DNA of 64,000 nucleotides from a virus: IMG/VR virus record IMGVR_UViG_3300027708_000021. One strand, given 5' to 3'. The position numbers and the translations under genes are program-made. Of this stretch, positions 19,972-30,939 are shown piece by piece. The first letter of the stretch is position 1. Each line of letters opens with the position of its first letter. The notes below the pieces were generated by a model. The model searched no databases. It was not told the origin of the DNA and was given only the letters and a program-made list of their open reading frames with translations.

Positions 19972-22900
19972 ATGGCTGTAACTATAAATTCAGGTTGGAC
20001 AGTAGGCAATGGTTGGTATGCAGCCGGCTTAAACAACTATCAATTAAATGCTTGGGGTAATAATAGTTTTGGACAACTGGCTCAAAGCAACAATACCCAC
20101 TATTCTAGCCCAGTACAAGTGGGTACTAGTATTGGTTGGACCAATGTGTCAGACGGATATAATTATTCCGCGGCACTTCAAAGCCCTGGCGTATTATTCA
20201 CATGGGGAAATAACAGTTTTGGCCAATTGGGTCTTAATACTTTGACTAACTACTCTAGTCCAGTACAAGTATCAGCTCCAAATGTGTCTTTAATAAATCC
20301 ATGGAGAACTCTCGCGACAATAGGGGGTCAAAATGGAAATTTTACATTTGAAAGTGCCATACAGAGTAATGGTACACTATGGGCCTGGGGTGATGATCAA
20401 CTTGGCCAATTAGGTCTTAATACTTTAACCGGTTTTTCTAGCCCACAACAAATTGGCACATTGAGTACATGGTCTAAAGTAGCTTGCGGATATGGCTGGA
20501 TTTTGGCGATTCAAAGCCCAGGCACATTATATTCTTGGGGTTATAACGCTGCTGGCCAGTTAGGTAATAATAATACAACAAGTAGATCTAGTCCTGTACA
20601 AGTAGGTGTATTAAACTATTGGACTCAAGTAGCAGGAGGAAAAGGGCATTCTGTAGCTTTACAAAGCAACGGAACAATATGGGCTTGGGGTGCTAACCAG
20701 GCTGGTCAATTGGCTCAAAACAATACTCAAAGTTATTCTAGTCCAGTACAAGTATTTAACATAGGATTGTCTGCATGGCAGCGGGTTGGTACAACATTAT
20801 CAGCAAGTCAATTAGCTATTCAAACTAATGGAACATTATGGGCTTGGGGCAATAATAGTTATGGCCAATTAGGGTTTAGTGATCAAACAAATCGTTCTAG
20901 TCCAGTACAGATAGGTGCTCTGAGTATATGGACTCAAGTTGCTGTAGGTGGCCTTGGTATTTCAAGTGCCCATGTTATGGCGATTCAAAGTCCAGGCACA
21001 CTATGGTCTTGGGGATTGAATAGTTTTGGACAGTTAGGTAATAACAGTACAACATTTATTCCTGTTTATAGTCCGGTACAAGTTGGCACATTAAGTACTT
21101 GGACTCAAGTTGCCTGCGGATACAATTATACCGCAGCCATACAAAGTCCTGGCACACTATGGACTTGGGGACTTAATTCTTCTGGCCAATTAGGACTTAA
21201 TACTCCCACTACAAATAATGCTTCTAGTCCTGTGCAAATAGGCGCTGTTAATTATTGGACACAAGTTGCAGCTGGAGCTGGACACATAGTGGCTATACAA
21301 AGCCCAGGCACACTATGGTCCTGGGGTAATAATACTCAAGGGCAATTGGGACTTAGCGATACCACTAACAGATCAAGCCCTGTACAAATAGGCTCATCCA
21401 GCTTATGGACGCAAGTTGCTTGCGGACCTTATTTCACTACAGCACTGCAGACTCCTGGCACGTTATGGGCATGGGGTAATAACAGTTTTGGGCAACTGGG
21501 CACAAGTAATCAAGTAAATATTTCCAGTCCAGTTCAAGTAGGCGCACTGAGTTTATGGACTCAAATCTCTTGCGGATACACGTTTACCACAGCACTGCAA
21601 ACTCCTGGTTCATTATGGGTCTGGGGCAATAACAGTTTTGGACAGTTAGGACTTAGTGATGTAACACATCGTTCTAGTCCAGTACAAGTAGGTTCATTAA
21701 ACACATGGACTCAGACTGTTGGCGGATTCAATGATACAGTGGCTATAGCAAGTCCAGGAACATTATACGCTTGGGGTAGTAACTCTTATGGTCAGTTAGG
21801 TGCTTATACAGCTATTGCTAATGGCAGAAGTAGCCCAGCACAAATATCTTCGCCTGCAACAGCTAGTTGGAGAGCTGTGGTAAGTGGAGCTAATTTTGTA
21901 TCGGCTATTCAAACTAATGGCACATTATGGGCTTGGGGCGACAATCAATTTGGTCAGTTGGGTCTAAGCGATCTAACGAATAGATTAAGTCCAAATCAAA
22001 TAGGTTCGTTAAGTACATGGACACAAGTAGCTGATGGATATTATTATTGTCTAGCGATACAAAGTAATGGCACATTATGGGCATGGGGCAACAATAGTTT
22101 TGGTCAGTTGGGTCTAAGCGATCAAACACATCGTTCCAGTCCAGTCCAAGTACTTGGTGGTTCTTGGGCACAAGTTTCTTGTGGGTTTAGTCATAGTTTA
22201 GCATTACAAAGTACAGGCACATTATGGGCTTGGGGGCAGAATAATTTTGGTCAATTAGGCAATAGTAATAGTACGACGGATCAATATAGTCCAATACAAA
22301 TAGGGATATTAAGTGGGTGGCAACAAGTAAGTGCTGGTTTGCGAGGATCATACGCTATTCAAAGTAACGGAACATTTTATTCATGGGGATTAAACAGCCA
22401 AGGTCAATTGGGTCTTAATACTACAGTAGCTACATCATATCCAAATATTGTCCTCAATCCTGCTCAAGGAGCTTGGAATCAGATATCCTGCGGATATCGT
22501 GCTACCGCGGCATTGATATCTCCTGGTACATTATGGGTATGGGGCAATAATAGTTTTGGCGTATTGGGCAATAATAGTCTAACTAATTCTTCAAGTCCTA
22601 TACAAGTAGGTTCGTTGAGTATATGGACACAAGTATCCAGCGGATTCTTTGCCATGTCCGGTATACAATCACCTGGTACATTATGGTCCTGGGGCAATAA
22701 TAGTTTTGGTCAATTGGGACAATTTGATACAGCAAATCGTTCTAGTCCAACACAAATAGGCGCATTAAGCACTTGGACACAAGTTAGCATGGGTCAATCA
22801 TATTGTCTAGCTATACAGACACCTGGTTCATTATGGTCATGGGGATTGAATACCTTTGGACAACTAGGTCTTAATACTACGACTAATATTTCAAGTCCTG

Positions 22901-23298
22901 TGCAGGTAGGAGCTCTTACCACTTGGACACTAGTAACAGCTGGTGGTGGCGGTTCTGCTGCAGCCATAGCAAGTCCTGGCACATTATATGTATGGGGTAA
23001 CAACAGTTTTGGTCAATTGGGTCTTAATACTACGACATTAAGTGCTATTTCTAGTCCAGTACAATTAGGCACTGGTAGCAACTGGTCTCAAGTATACATG
23101 CCGGGTGCGACGTCTAACGGTCAATTTATGGTAGCACTACAAAGCAATGGCACATTATGGTCATGGGGATTGAATACTTTTGGTCAGCTAGGTCTTAATA
23201 CCACAACTAACTATTCTAGTCCTATACAGATAGGAGCATTAACTACTTGGACTACTGCTAGTGTAGGTCAAAATTATGTTACAGCAATACGCTATTAA
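19972..23298 (+). CDS. RCC1/BLIP-II repeat protein, 21 repeats (three 7-bladed propellers predicted)
   Basis: ~50-aa repeat '[20 protein letters not shown]...SSPVQVG..WTQV.CG'; 21 counted by hand. Confidence 0.9.
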   Translation: MAVTINSGWTVGNGWYAAGLNNYQLNAWGNNSFGQLAQSNNTHYSSPVQVGTSIGWTNVSDGYNYSAALQSPGVLFTWGNNSFGQLGLNTLTNYSSPVQVSAPNVSLINPWRTLATIGGQNGNFTFESAIQSNGTLWAWGDDQLGQLGLNTLTGFSSPQQIGTLSTWSKVACGYGWILAIQSPGTLYSWGYNAAGQLGNNNTTSRSSPVQVGVLNYWTQVAGGKGHSVALQSNGTIWAWGANQAGQLAQNNTQSYSSPVQVFNIGLSAWQRVGTTLSASQLAIQTNGTLWAWGNNSYGQLGFSDQTNRSSPVQIGALSIWTQVAVGGLGISSAHVMAIQSPGTLWSWGLNSFGQLGNNSTTFIPVYSPVQVGTLSTWTQVACGYNYTAAIQSPGTLWTWGLNSSGQLGLNTPTTNNASSPVQIGAVNYWTQVAAGAGHIVAIQSPGTLWSWGNNTQGQLGLSDTTNRSSPVQIGSSSLWTQVACGPYFTTALQTPGTLWAWGNNSFGQLGTSNQVNISSPVQVGALSLWTQISCGYTFTTALQTPGSLWVWGNNSFGQLGLSDVTHRSSPVQVGSLNTWTQTVGGFNDTVAIASPGTLYAWGSNSYGQLGAYTAIANGRSSPAQISSPATASWRAVVSGANFVSAIQTNGTLWAWGDNQFGQLGLSDLTNRLSPNQIGSLSTWTQVADGYYYCLAIQSNGTLWAWGNNSFGQLGLSDQTHRSSPVQVLGGSWAQVSCGFSHSLALQSTGTLWAWGQNNFGQLGNSNSTTDQYSPIQIGILSGWQQVSAGLRGSYAIQSNGTFYSWGLNSQGQLGLNTTVATSYPNIVLNPAQGAWNQISCGYRATAALISPGTLWVWGNNSFGVLGNNSLTNSSSPIQVGSLSIWTQVSSGFFAMSGIQSPGTLWSWGNNSFGQLGQFDTANRSSPTQIGALSTWTQVSMGQSYCLAIQTPGSLWSWGLNTFGQLGLNTTTNISSPVQVGALTTWTLVTAGGGGSAAAIASPGTLYVWGNNSFGQLGLNTTTLSAISSPVQLGTGSNWSQVYMPGATSNGQFMVALQSNGTLWSWGLNTFGQLGLNTTTNYSSPIQIGALTTWTTASVGQNYVTAIRY

Positions 23299-23322
23299 TA
23301 TGTCATCTATGGAAAAAGTATC

Positions 23323-24147
23323 ATGCCATCACAGATAGGAACCGGTTGGACTGTAGGCAACGGCTGGACTTTTGGTTATGCTATATCTCCATATACAGTA
23401 CAATATCTAGCAGTTGGCGGCGGCGGTGCTGGCAATGGTGGACAAGTAGGTGTATATTATGGTTCAGGCGGGGCAGGCGGTACAGTTCGTTCTGGGAATA
23501 CAGTCTTAACTCCTGGCACAACTTATTCAATTACAGTAGGATCAGGTGGCGCACTAGGCACTCCGGTTACTACTCAAGGTAGTGCTGGCGGTACATCAAA
23601 TATATATGTTGGCGCTACAACCATAGTATCAGCTACAGGTGGCGGCGCTGGAATTCCAACTACTGGTACCGGCGGTAGTAACGCAGATTATTCTGGGTAT
23701 AATGCTGGTGGAGGCGGAGCAGGTCCTGGCTATGCTAGTGGTGGGGGTGCTGGTTCAGGACAAACGGCTACTAGCCCGGCTGGCGGCAACGGTACTACTA
23801 GTAATATTACTGGGACAAGTACATATTATGGTGGAGGTGGTGGTGGCGCAACTCAAAGTGGCGGAGGCGGTGCGGGTGGTCTAGGTGGTGGTGGTACCGG
23901 GGCGGCCGAATCATACAATACGTCAGGTACACCTGGTCTAGGAGGAGGTGGTGGTGGTGGGTCTAGTATTACTGTTAACGGCGCTGGCGGTTCTGGAATA
24001 GTTATTTTATCAATACCAACTCCTAGTTATCCAGGCAGTGCTCCGGGCGCAGCAGTAACAACGCCTCCAGCAGCACCTGGGTACACAATATTAACTTATA
24101 CTTCACCAAGCCCTGGCACTCCAGCTACATATACATATACAGCATAA
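23323..24147 (+). CDS. Adhesin-like protein: N-tag and 1 Gly-rich domain
   Basis: N-terminal GWTVGNGW shared with 19972; polyglycine domain; ends TYTYTA. Confidence 0.75.
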   Translation: MPSQIGTGWTVGNGWTFGYAISPYTVQYLAVGGGGAGNGGQVGVYYGSGGAGGTVRSGNTVLTPGTTYSITVGSGGALGTPVTTQGSAGGTSNIYVGATTIVSATGGGAGIPTTGTGGSNADYSGYNAGGGGAGPGYASGGGAGSGQTATSPAGGNGTTSNITGTSTYYGGGGGGATQSGGGGAGGLGGGGTGAAESYNTSGTPGLGGGGGGGSSITVNGAGGSGIVILSIPTPSYPGSAPGAAVTTPPAAPGYTILTYTSPSPGTPATYTYTA

Positions 24148-24149
24148 AC

Positions 24150-24174
24150 AAAAAGCACCCTAGGGTGCTTTTTT
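24150..24174. terminator. Bidirectional intrinsic terminator (AAAAAGCACCCTAGGGTGCTTTTT)
   Basis: Perfect palindrome between convergent genes. Confidence 0.85.
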
Positions 24175-24196
24175 ATTGACTACAAATACTACAGTA

Positions 24197-25030
24197 TTAT
24201 TTGAAGCGTGGACCCAATACCCAAGCTACTAAACTATAACGCTTGCCTTTGGTAACTGGAGTAACTTCGTGTAAGGTATATCCTGGGAAGAAAATACCTG
24301 TGCCCTGTTGACGATGTGGACGCTCTGGGTCATCACGAGTATGCAACAACAAATCGCCACCTTCATAATCACCGCTGTCTGATAGTTGTATACTAACACT
24401 TAACTTTCTTGTACCTGTACCCTGATACATCATGTCAATATGCTTGCCATAGAAGCCTGATTCTTTGCCATCGTAACTGGTAAATTGTAAACTCTGGATT
24501 TCTGACAATTCATAGTTAAAGAATTGGTCATTGATATTTTTGATAGCATCACGCATACGTTGGAAGATCCAATGATTTTCTTGGATATCTGAACGGATCC
24601 AAGCCACTGGACTTTTGCGTACTTTGGCTACTTTTTCAAGATCACTTTCGCTTTGATGTAAATCACCTACTGTGCCATATGTTAATGGACTGGCTAACCT
24701 ACCACCAGTACCTACATCGATAATCTTCTGGCATTCTTCGGGAGTAAAGATATTATGAGCATAAGCCCAATTTTCATTTGTAGTGCTGTCTAACCACCAG
24801 TTAAACGAACTAGCATACTCTGCTACTTTAGGAATGAGATCTTTGTTAAGTTTAGATTCACCAACTACTTGACTATTCTCAGTCAAGATCTTAGTGATAT
24901 TGGGATTCTTTTTTCTAGCTACTGTGGCAGCAGATTCTTTTACTACAGCAGGTTTGGTTACCTTAGATGCTTTAGTAGTAGTTTTAGTATGTTTAGCTGG
25001 CTTTACAGCTTGTGCAGTTTTTTTTATCAT
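24197..25030 (-). CDS. 2OG-Fe(II) oxygenase, prolyl-4-hydroxylase/PKHD-like, with Lys-rich N-terminal extension
   Basis: HxD 'YGKHID', 'RKLSVSIQLS', 'YEGGDL', 'LHEVTPVTKGKRYSLVAW'. Confidence 0.88.
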   Translation of the reverse strand: MIKKTAQAVKPAKHTKTTTKASKVTKPAVVKESAATVARKKNPNITKILTENSQVVGESKLNKDLIPKVAEYASSFNWWLDSTTNENWAYAHNIFTPEECQKIIDVGTGGRLASPLTYGTVGDLHQSESDLEKVAKVRKSPVAWIRSDIQENHWIFQRMRDAIKNINDQFFNYELSEIQSLQFTSYDGKESGFYGKHIDMMYQGTGTRKLSVSIQLSDSGDYEGGDLLLHTRDDPERPHRQQGTGIFFPGYTLHEVTPVTKGKRYSLVAWVLGPRFK

Positions 25031-25587
25031 TTTTTAATTCCTAACATAGGCCTTTTGTCAAATTTATAATCTTTGTAAATTCCGTTGGCATCAACATAAT
25101 GCAAAAATAACTGTATCTGTTGATTGCCTTCGTATGGCTCACGCCAGTGTTCCACATCACACCCTTTATATATCGCTATATCGCCGGGGTTGAGTAAAAT
25201 TTTCTTACCTTCCATAAAGATAGGCCAAGGTTTTGGATCATTGTCAATACATAATGTCGCGCTGTATTGACAGCTGGGTCTGTCTTTGTGTGCTGCTAGG
25301 GTAGAACCCTTCCAATAGATCCTACCATAGGTATAAGTTGGATACAATTCCAATCCTGTCTGCTCTTGCATCAATGGAAGCAATGTAACCGCTAGACTAT
25401 CACAGATAGTATGTCCATAAAATGGATAGCCCACAGGACTTTGCTCATCACCAAATTCAGTCTTGTTTTCTGGATCAATCCCTTTTAAGTGATAATCCAC
25501 AGCTTTAGTCAGCAATAGTGTATTTTTTAGCAAGTCCAGGGTATCTGGACTGATAACTTGTCGTGCTACTCGATATGGTTGTTTCAT
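25027..25587 (-). CDS. 2OG-Fe(II) oxygenase
   Basis: HxD 'HKDRPSCQYSATL', distal His 'EHWRE', 'QLFLHY'; ATGA overlap with the next oxygenase. Confidence 0.8.
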   Translation of the reverse strand: MKQPYRVARQVISPDTLDLLKNTLLLTKAVDYHLKGIDPENKTEFGDEQSPVGYPFYGHTICDSLAVTLLPLMQEQTGLELYPTYTYGRIYWKGSTLAAHKDRPSCQYSATLCIDNDPKPWPIFMEGKKILLNPGDIAIYKGCDVEHWREPYEGNQQIQLFLHYVDANGIYKDYKFDKRPMLGIKK

Positions 25588-25721
25588 AGGTCAGTTAAAA
25601 TGTGTAATATACTTAGTGATTATACAATCTTGCTGGAAAAAAGATGAATATTTTGGTAATATCCAGTCAAGCTGTATACTGGTAAATATATAATAATATA
25701 TTTTTAATCAAGGAAAATATA

Positions 25722-26990
25722 ATGTCGGTTATAATAAATGGAGATTGGATAATTAGTGCTACTACTACTATAGACATAGCACGAATATCGGCTACAGCAG
25801 GAGCCACTACCACAGTATCGGGTACTCAAAATACAGCTATCACTAGTTTTAGTCCATTTAGTAGTGTTACTGGTGGATATAGTCCTTATACATATTATGT
25901 CAGCGCAGGTACACTACCCACTGGCATAACACTCAATCCAAGTACTGGTCTAGTAAGTGGAACACCTACTGCAGCATATTCAACAGCCAGCGTTACATTT
26001 AGTGTACAAGATGCCAATCAACAGGTAGCTGTTACAACTAGTACCGTTAGCTTTACTATAATAGTAGCAACTAATCCAGCAAATTATATAGTAGTAGGTG
26101 GCGGCGGCGGTGGCGGTGGTTCTTACATGTTTACTCCTTATGTTTTTATGCAACCTGGAATAACAAGCCAGCTAGCTGGTGGTGGAGGCGGCGGCGGCCA
26201 AGTTCTAACCGGAACTGCGGCATTGCTTCCAGGCACTCCATATAGTATTGTAGTAGGTGGTGGTGGTGGTGGTGGTTGTGGTGCTTATGGAAGTGTAGGG
26301 CCAACATGTAATTTTGCCGGACAAGGCACACCCAGTTCATTTTACTGTCGCGTCGCTGTTGGCGGTTGTGGAGGAAGTGCTGGTAGCGGAACAGCACCCA
26401 AGGGCCCGTGTAAATCAAATTTAGGAGGCAAAGGTGGCAACGGAGGTCGCGGTAGTCTCTCCGGAGCAGCAAGTTCAATACCTGGTGGTGCTTATCAATA
26501 TCGTGGTGGCAGTGGCGGTGGTGGTTCGGCTACTCCTGGGGTTGGAACAGCCGCTAGCAATCAAGGCGGTGCCGGCGGTGCTGGATTACTATGGCCTCAA
26601 ACTGGTCCAGGAGTATATTATGGTAACGGAGCCAGCGGTGGTAGTGCTTATTGTATAGCACCTGGGGTTCCTCCTAGTGGCACTGGTCGTGGCGGCTATG
26701 GCAGAACACCTTTTTATCCCCCTGCATATGGTGTCGCTTATGGAGCTCCAACTGCTGGTGGCACCAATATCGGACAGGGTGGCGGTGGCAATGGTGGAAC
26801 CCAAGGTCCTCCTTCGGGTCCTGCTTGTAGTTTTGGAATGGCTGGCGGATCTGGAGTAGTTATATTAGCTATCCCAACTCCCACTTATACTGGAGTATAT
26901 TCAGGTGGCCCTGTGGTTGTATCAAATCCTCCCGCGGCTCCAGGACAAACAGTATTGAAATTCACAGGATCTGGAACTTACACAGCCTAA
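25722..26990 (+). CDS. Adhesin-like protein: N-tag, 1 Ig-like, 1 Gly-rich domain
   Basis: Ig-like repeat close to the 4th Ig of 14123; ends 'LKFTGSGTYTA'. Confidence 0.75.
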   Translation: MSVIINGDWIISATTTIDIARISATAGATTTVSGTQNTAITSFSPFSSVTGGYSPYTYYVSAGTLPTGITLNPSTGLVSGTPTAAYSTASVTFSVQDANQQVAVTTSTVSFTIIVATNPANYIVVGGGGGGGGSYMFTPYVFMQPGITSQLAGGGGGGGQVLTGTAALLPGTPYSIVVGGGGGGGCGAYGSVGPTCNFAGQGTPSSFYCRVAVGGCGGSAGSGTAPKGPCKSNLGGKGGNGGRGSLSGAASSIPGGAYQYRGGSGGGGSATPGVGTAASNQGGAGGAGLLWPQTGPGVYYGNGASGGSAYCIAPGVPPSGTGRGGYGRTPFYPPAYGVAYGAPTAGGTNIGQGGGGNGGTQGPPSGPACSFGMAGGSGVVILAIPTPTYTGVYSGGPVVVSNPPAAPGQTVLKFTGSGTYTA

Positions 26991-27038
26991 ATATTACCAG
27001 CATAAATATACTATTATTAGATTGTTAAGGAAATAATA

Positions 27039-27416
27039 ATGGGTCATTTTGCTAAAATAGAAAACAATATCGTAACACAGGTTATTGTAGCCGAACAGGA
27101 TTTCATCGACGCTGGACATGTGGGCGATCCTAATAGTTGGGTACAAACTAGCTATAACACACGACGCGGAGTACATTATAATCCAGAAACAGGCCAACCA
27201 GATGGCGGTATAGCACTACGCGGTAACTACGCCAGAATTGGTCATATATATGATGCAGCGTTGGATGCTTTTTATCCGCCCAGTCCATTCCCAAGTTGGA
27301 CTATGAACACCACAACATACACTTGGCAAGCACCTGTACCACAGCCAACCGACGAAGGCAAAATCTTTGGTTGGAATGAAACAACTAAATCTTGGGATGA
27401 TCTAACCCCAGTTTAG
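27039..27416 (+). CDS. Small phage protein, possibly an adhesin/fibre assembly partner
   Basis: 'MGHFAKIENNIVTQVIVA...WVQTSYN...LRGNYA.IG..YD...DAF..P.PFPSW...WQAP.P.P...W.E....W'; own TAAATA and SD. Confidence 0.6.
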   Translation: MGHFAKIENNIVTQVIVAEQDFIDAGHVGDPNSWVQTSYNTRRGVHYNPETGQPDGGIALRGNYARIGHIYDAALDAFYPPSPFPSWTMNTTTYTWQAPVPQPTDEGKIFGWNETTKSWDDLTPV

Positions 27417-27433
27417 AAATAGGATAAAATAAT

Positions 27434-30400
27434 ATGCCATTATCAATGACAGGAAGTTGGAATATATCGGGCAATGTTTCCATGGATTCTGTCGCCACTC
27501 TTACGGCTGTAGCAAGCGCAACTACTTCTGTAGCTCTACTGCAAAATCAGGCTATGACTAGTTTTAGTCCTCTTTCCAGTGCGTCAGGTGGCTACGCTCC
27601 ACTTAGCTATGTGGTCCAATCAGGTATACTACCTCCTGGTATAACATTAAATTCTACTACAGGTCTAGTATCTGGAACTCCTACTACGATACAAAATTCT
27701 AGCCCTGTGGTTTTTGCCGTACAAGACAAATATGGTAATCAATCTGCCGTTACATCTACAATAAATTTTGCCGTAGCATCATTACCAGTACTAGCTACTG
27801 TGGGAACGAATACCCCAGTAGTAGGTGTAATTAATAATACTATTACTAGTTTTTATCCACTGATCAACGCATCGAATGGATTTGCTCCATTGACATATTC
27901 CATATCATCTGGAACATTACCTGTTGGAATAACACTGGATGCTGTTACTGGTCTAGTATCTGGTACTCCTACTGTGATACAAGGTGCCGCCAATGTTACA
28001 TTTATTGTCAAAGATTCACAAAACAATCAAGCTGCTACTACAGTTACAATTAGCTTTACAGTAAACAACTTCTCAGCTACGCCTGGAACTACTACTCTAG
28101 TTACGCAACTTCAAAATACTGCTATTACTAGCTTTAACACATTTGTTAGTATTAATGGTGGATACACTCCATATACATATTACGTACAATCGGGTACACT
28201 ACCTACAGGAATAACACTTGATCCAAGTACAGGTATAGTATCTGGCACTCCTACTGTGTTACAAACAGCATCCAATGTAGTATTTGCTGTAAAAGATGCT
28301 CAAAATAACATAGCAACTGGAACTCTTACCGTTACTTTTGAAGTTACATTATACATAGCAAGATATCTAGTAGTAGGTGGCGGTGGTGGTGGCGCATCTG
28401 GTCCAAGTGGCTGCCCTACTTATGGTGCAGGTGGAGGTGGAGCCGGTGGTTTATTACAAGGTAACGTTTGTTTAGTAAGTGGAGGAATTTATAATATTCA
28501 AGTCGGTGGCGCTGCTCCTTTTACTGGCCCACAAGGCAATCCGTTAATTGTACAAGGTTATTCTAGCAATATTACCGGTCCGGGTATTTCAACTATTACT
28601 ACAGTAGGTGGCGGCAGTGGTACTCCAGGCGTAGGTGGTGTTGGCCAAGTAGGAGGCTCTGGTGGTGGTGGTGGCTCTCCTGGCGGAATAGGAGGTCTTG
28701 CTACTGGAAGTCCCGCTATAGGCGTTGCAGGAACGCAAGGATATCCAGGATCTCCAGGTCCTAGCTTCAGTGGTGGTAGCGGTGGTGGTGCTGGTGGTGC
28801 TGGTGGAATTGGTTGCAATCCTGGTCCTGGATATACTTGGCCTTATAACGGAATAGTTTATGCTCAAGGTGGCCGCGGCGCTAGCTTTAATGTGATCAGC
28901 ACCCCGAAAACTCCTGGTGTAGCAGGCACAGGTCAAGGTGGTAATGCTAGCGGTAATGTTTTTGGGACCGGCGGCTCTGGTGGTTCTGGTACTGTTATAT
29001 TAGCATTTCCAAATGCGTTATATCCAGCTATAAATTCACCAACTGCTACAGTAACCACACCTCCAGCAGCCCAGGATCAACAGTATTGACCTTCGCAACT
29101 CCTAGTCCGGGTATACCAACAAGTCATATGATAGCAGTTAATTATCCCGGGACATTTGCGACACAATATCTCGTAGTAGGTGGCGGCGGCGGCGCTGGTC
29201 GAGGCGGATATGGTGGCGGCGGTGGCGCTGGCGGCCTATTACAAGGAAATATCTTGTTGACAGCTAACACAACTTATACTATCCAGGTTGGTGCTGGTGG
29301 TGCTGGATTAGCCGCTGGACCTGCAAATTCTGGTAATCCTGGGCTGAGTAGTAATATCACCAGCTCAAGCCCAAATTTTGGTAATATCACTACCCTTGGT
29401 GGCGGAGGAGGCGGAGCTCAAAATCCGTCACCAGTATTCAGCAATGTTTCTGCTTCTCTTCCTGGTGGTTCTGGCGGTGGCGCTGGTATAGGTCAATTAG
29501 GTCAAGGTACTGCATCTAGTCAACCCGGCTCTCCTGGAACTTTGGGACAAGGATATAGTGGTGGTGGTTCTAGCGGCCTTCCTGCTCCAGCTACTAGTTT
29601 CAGCGGTGGTGGTGGTGGAGGAGCTGGTGGTGGTGGAGCATCATCTTGTGGAGTAGGCGGCCCAGGAGTAATATTCCCAGCAACAGGACTTTACTATGCA
29701 GGCGGTGGCGGTGGCTATTCCTATCCGGGTATTCTTAATCTTGGTGGACAAGGCGGTGGCGGAAGAGGAGGTAACTCGCAAACTCCGGGGTCTTCTTCTG
29801 GTACTCCGGGTCTTGGCGGTGGTGGCGGCGGTAGTCAAGGCTGTACACCTAGTCCGTCGGGTGGATCAGGTACAGTTATCATAGCTGTACCAACACTGGT
29901 ATATCCTTCAGTAAGTGCTCCAGGCGCCACAGTATCTACCCCACCCGCAGCACCAGGTCGAACAGTACTAACCTATACCACGCCAACACCAACAATACCG
30001 GCTTCTTATAGCTTGAGTATTGCAAATTTGTCATTTTATAATATTCAATATCTAGCTGTAGGCGGTGGTGGTGGTGGTGGATGGCGTGGTGGTGGTGGTG
30101 GCGGTGGTATAGCCACTGGAAATACAACAGTTCGATGTGGATTATCTTTGTCTATCACAGTAGGTGGAGGTGGTTCTGGCGTAGCAAACTATAACAACAT
30201 TTGCCGACCTGCTAATGGAGCTGCAGGTGTAGGCACCAATGGTAATAATTCAAGTATTTCTGGCCCCGCAATTTCTACTACCATAACTGCTCAGGGTGGT
30301 GGTTTTGGTGGAGCCACTGGTAGTTGTGGCACCAATGTTGGTCCCGGTGGATGCGGTGGATCAGGTGGTGGTGCTGGTACTGCTATTGGTACTTCTACAC

Positions 30401-30897
30401 AGCCCAGTCAAAATCCTGGAATCGCCAATCTTACAAATTACGGTAATCCAGGTGGCCTAGGAGAAGGTGGCGGTGGCGCAACAGGAGTTGGAACAACCGC
30501 CGGCGGCGCCGGATATACTTGGCCGTTTACAGGAAATATCTATGCGGGCGGCGGTGGTAAAGGTGGATACGCTGGTAGCGGTGCTGGTGCCAGTGGTCCA
30601 GGTGGTGGCGGTGCTGGAAATCCTGGTGGTGGTGGAACTGCGCCTGCTGGTACACCAGGTCTAGGTGGTGGTGGTGGCGGAGCAGGCACTAATTTTTGTA
30701 GCAGACCTCGCCAACAATCATATGGAGGCCCTGGTGGATCTGGTACAGTTATATTAGCTGTGCCAAACATAGCTTATCCAACTATAGTTGCGCCTGGAGC
30801 AGCAGTATCAACACCACCTGCTGCGCCTGGATATACTGTATTAACTTATACAGCGCCAACACCTGGTACTCCAGCAACATTTACATTTACCACTTAA
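27434..30897 (+). pseudogene. Adhesin-like gene (N-tag, 3 Ig-like, 3 Gly-rich) split by a 1-nt frameshift near 29070 into ORFs 27434..29089 and 29086..30897
   Basis: ...PPAA-QDQQY* becomes ...PPAA-PGSTVLTFATPSPG with one added base, matching the paralog consensus PPAAPGxTVLTY. Confidence 0.8.
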
Positions 30898-30939
30898 TAT
30901 AACAATTATTCCAAGCTAATATATGCCATAAATATCTTT

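Noticed and set aside
29061-29089. Programmed -1 ribosomal frameshift
   Set aside because: No slippery heptamer or evident stimulator; a simple indel is more parsimonious.
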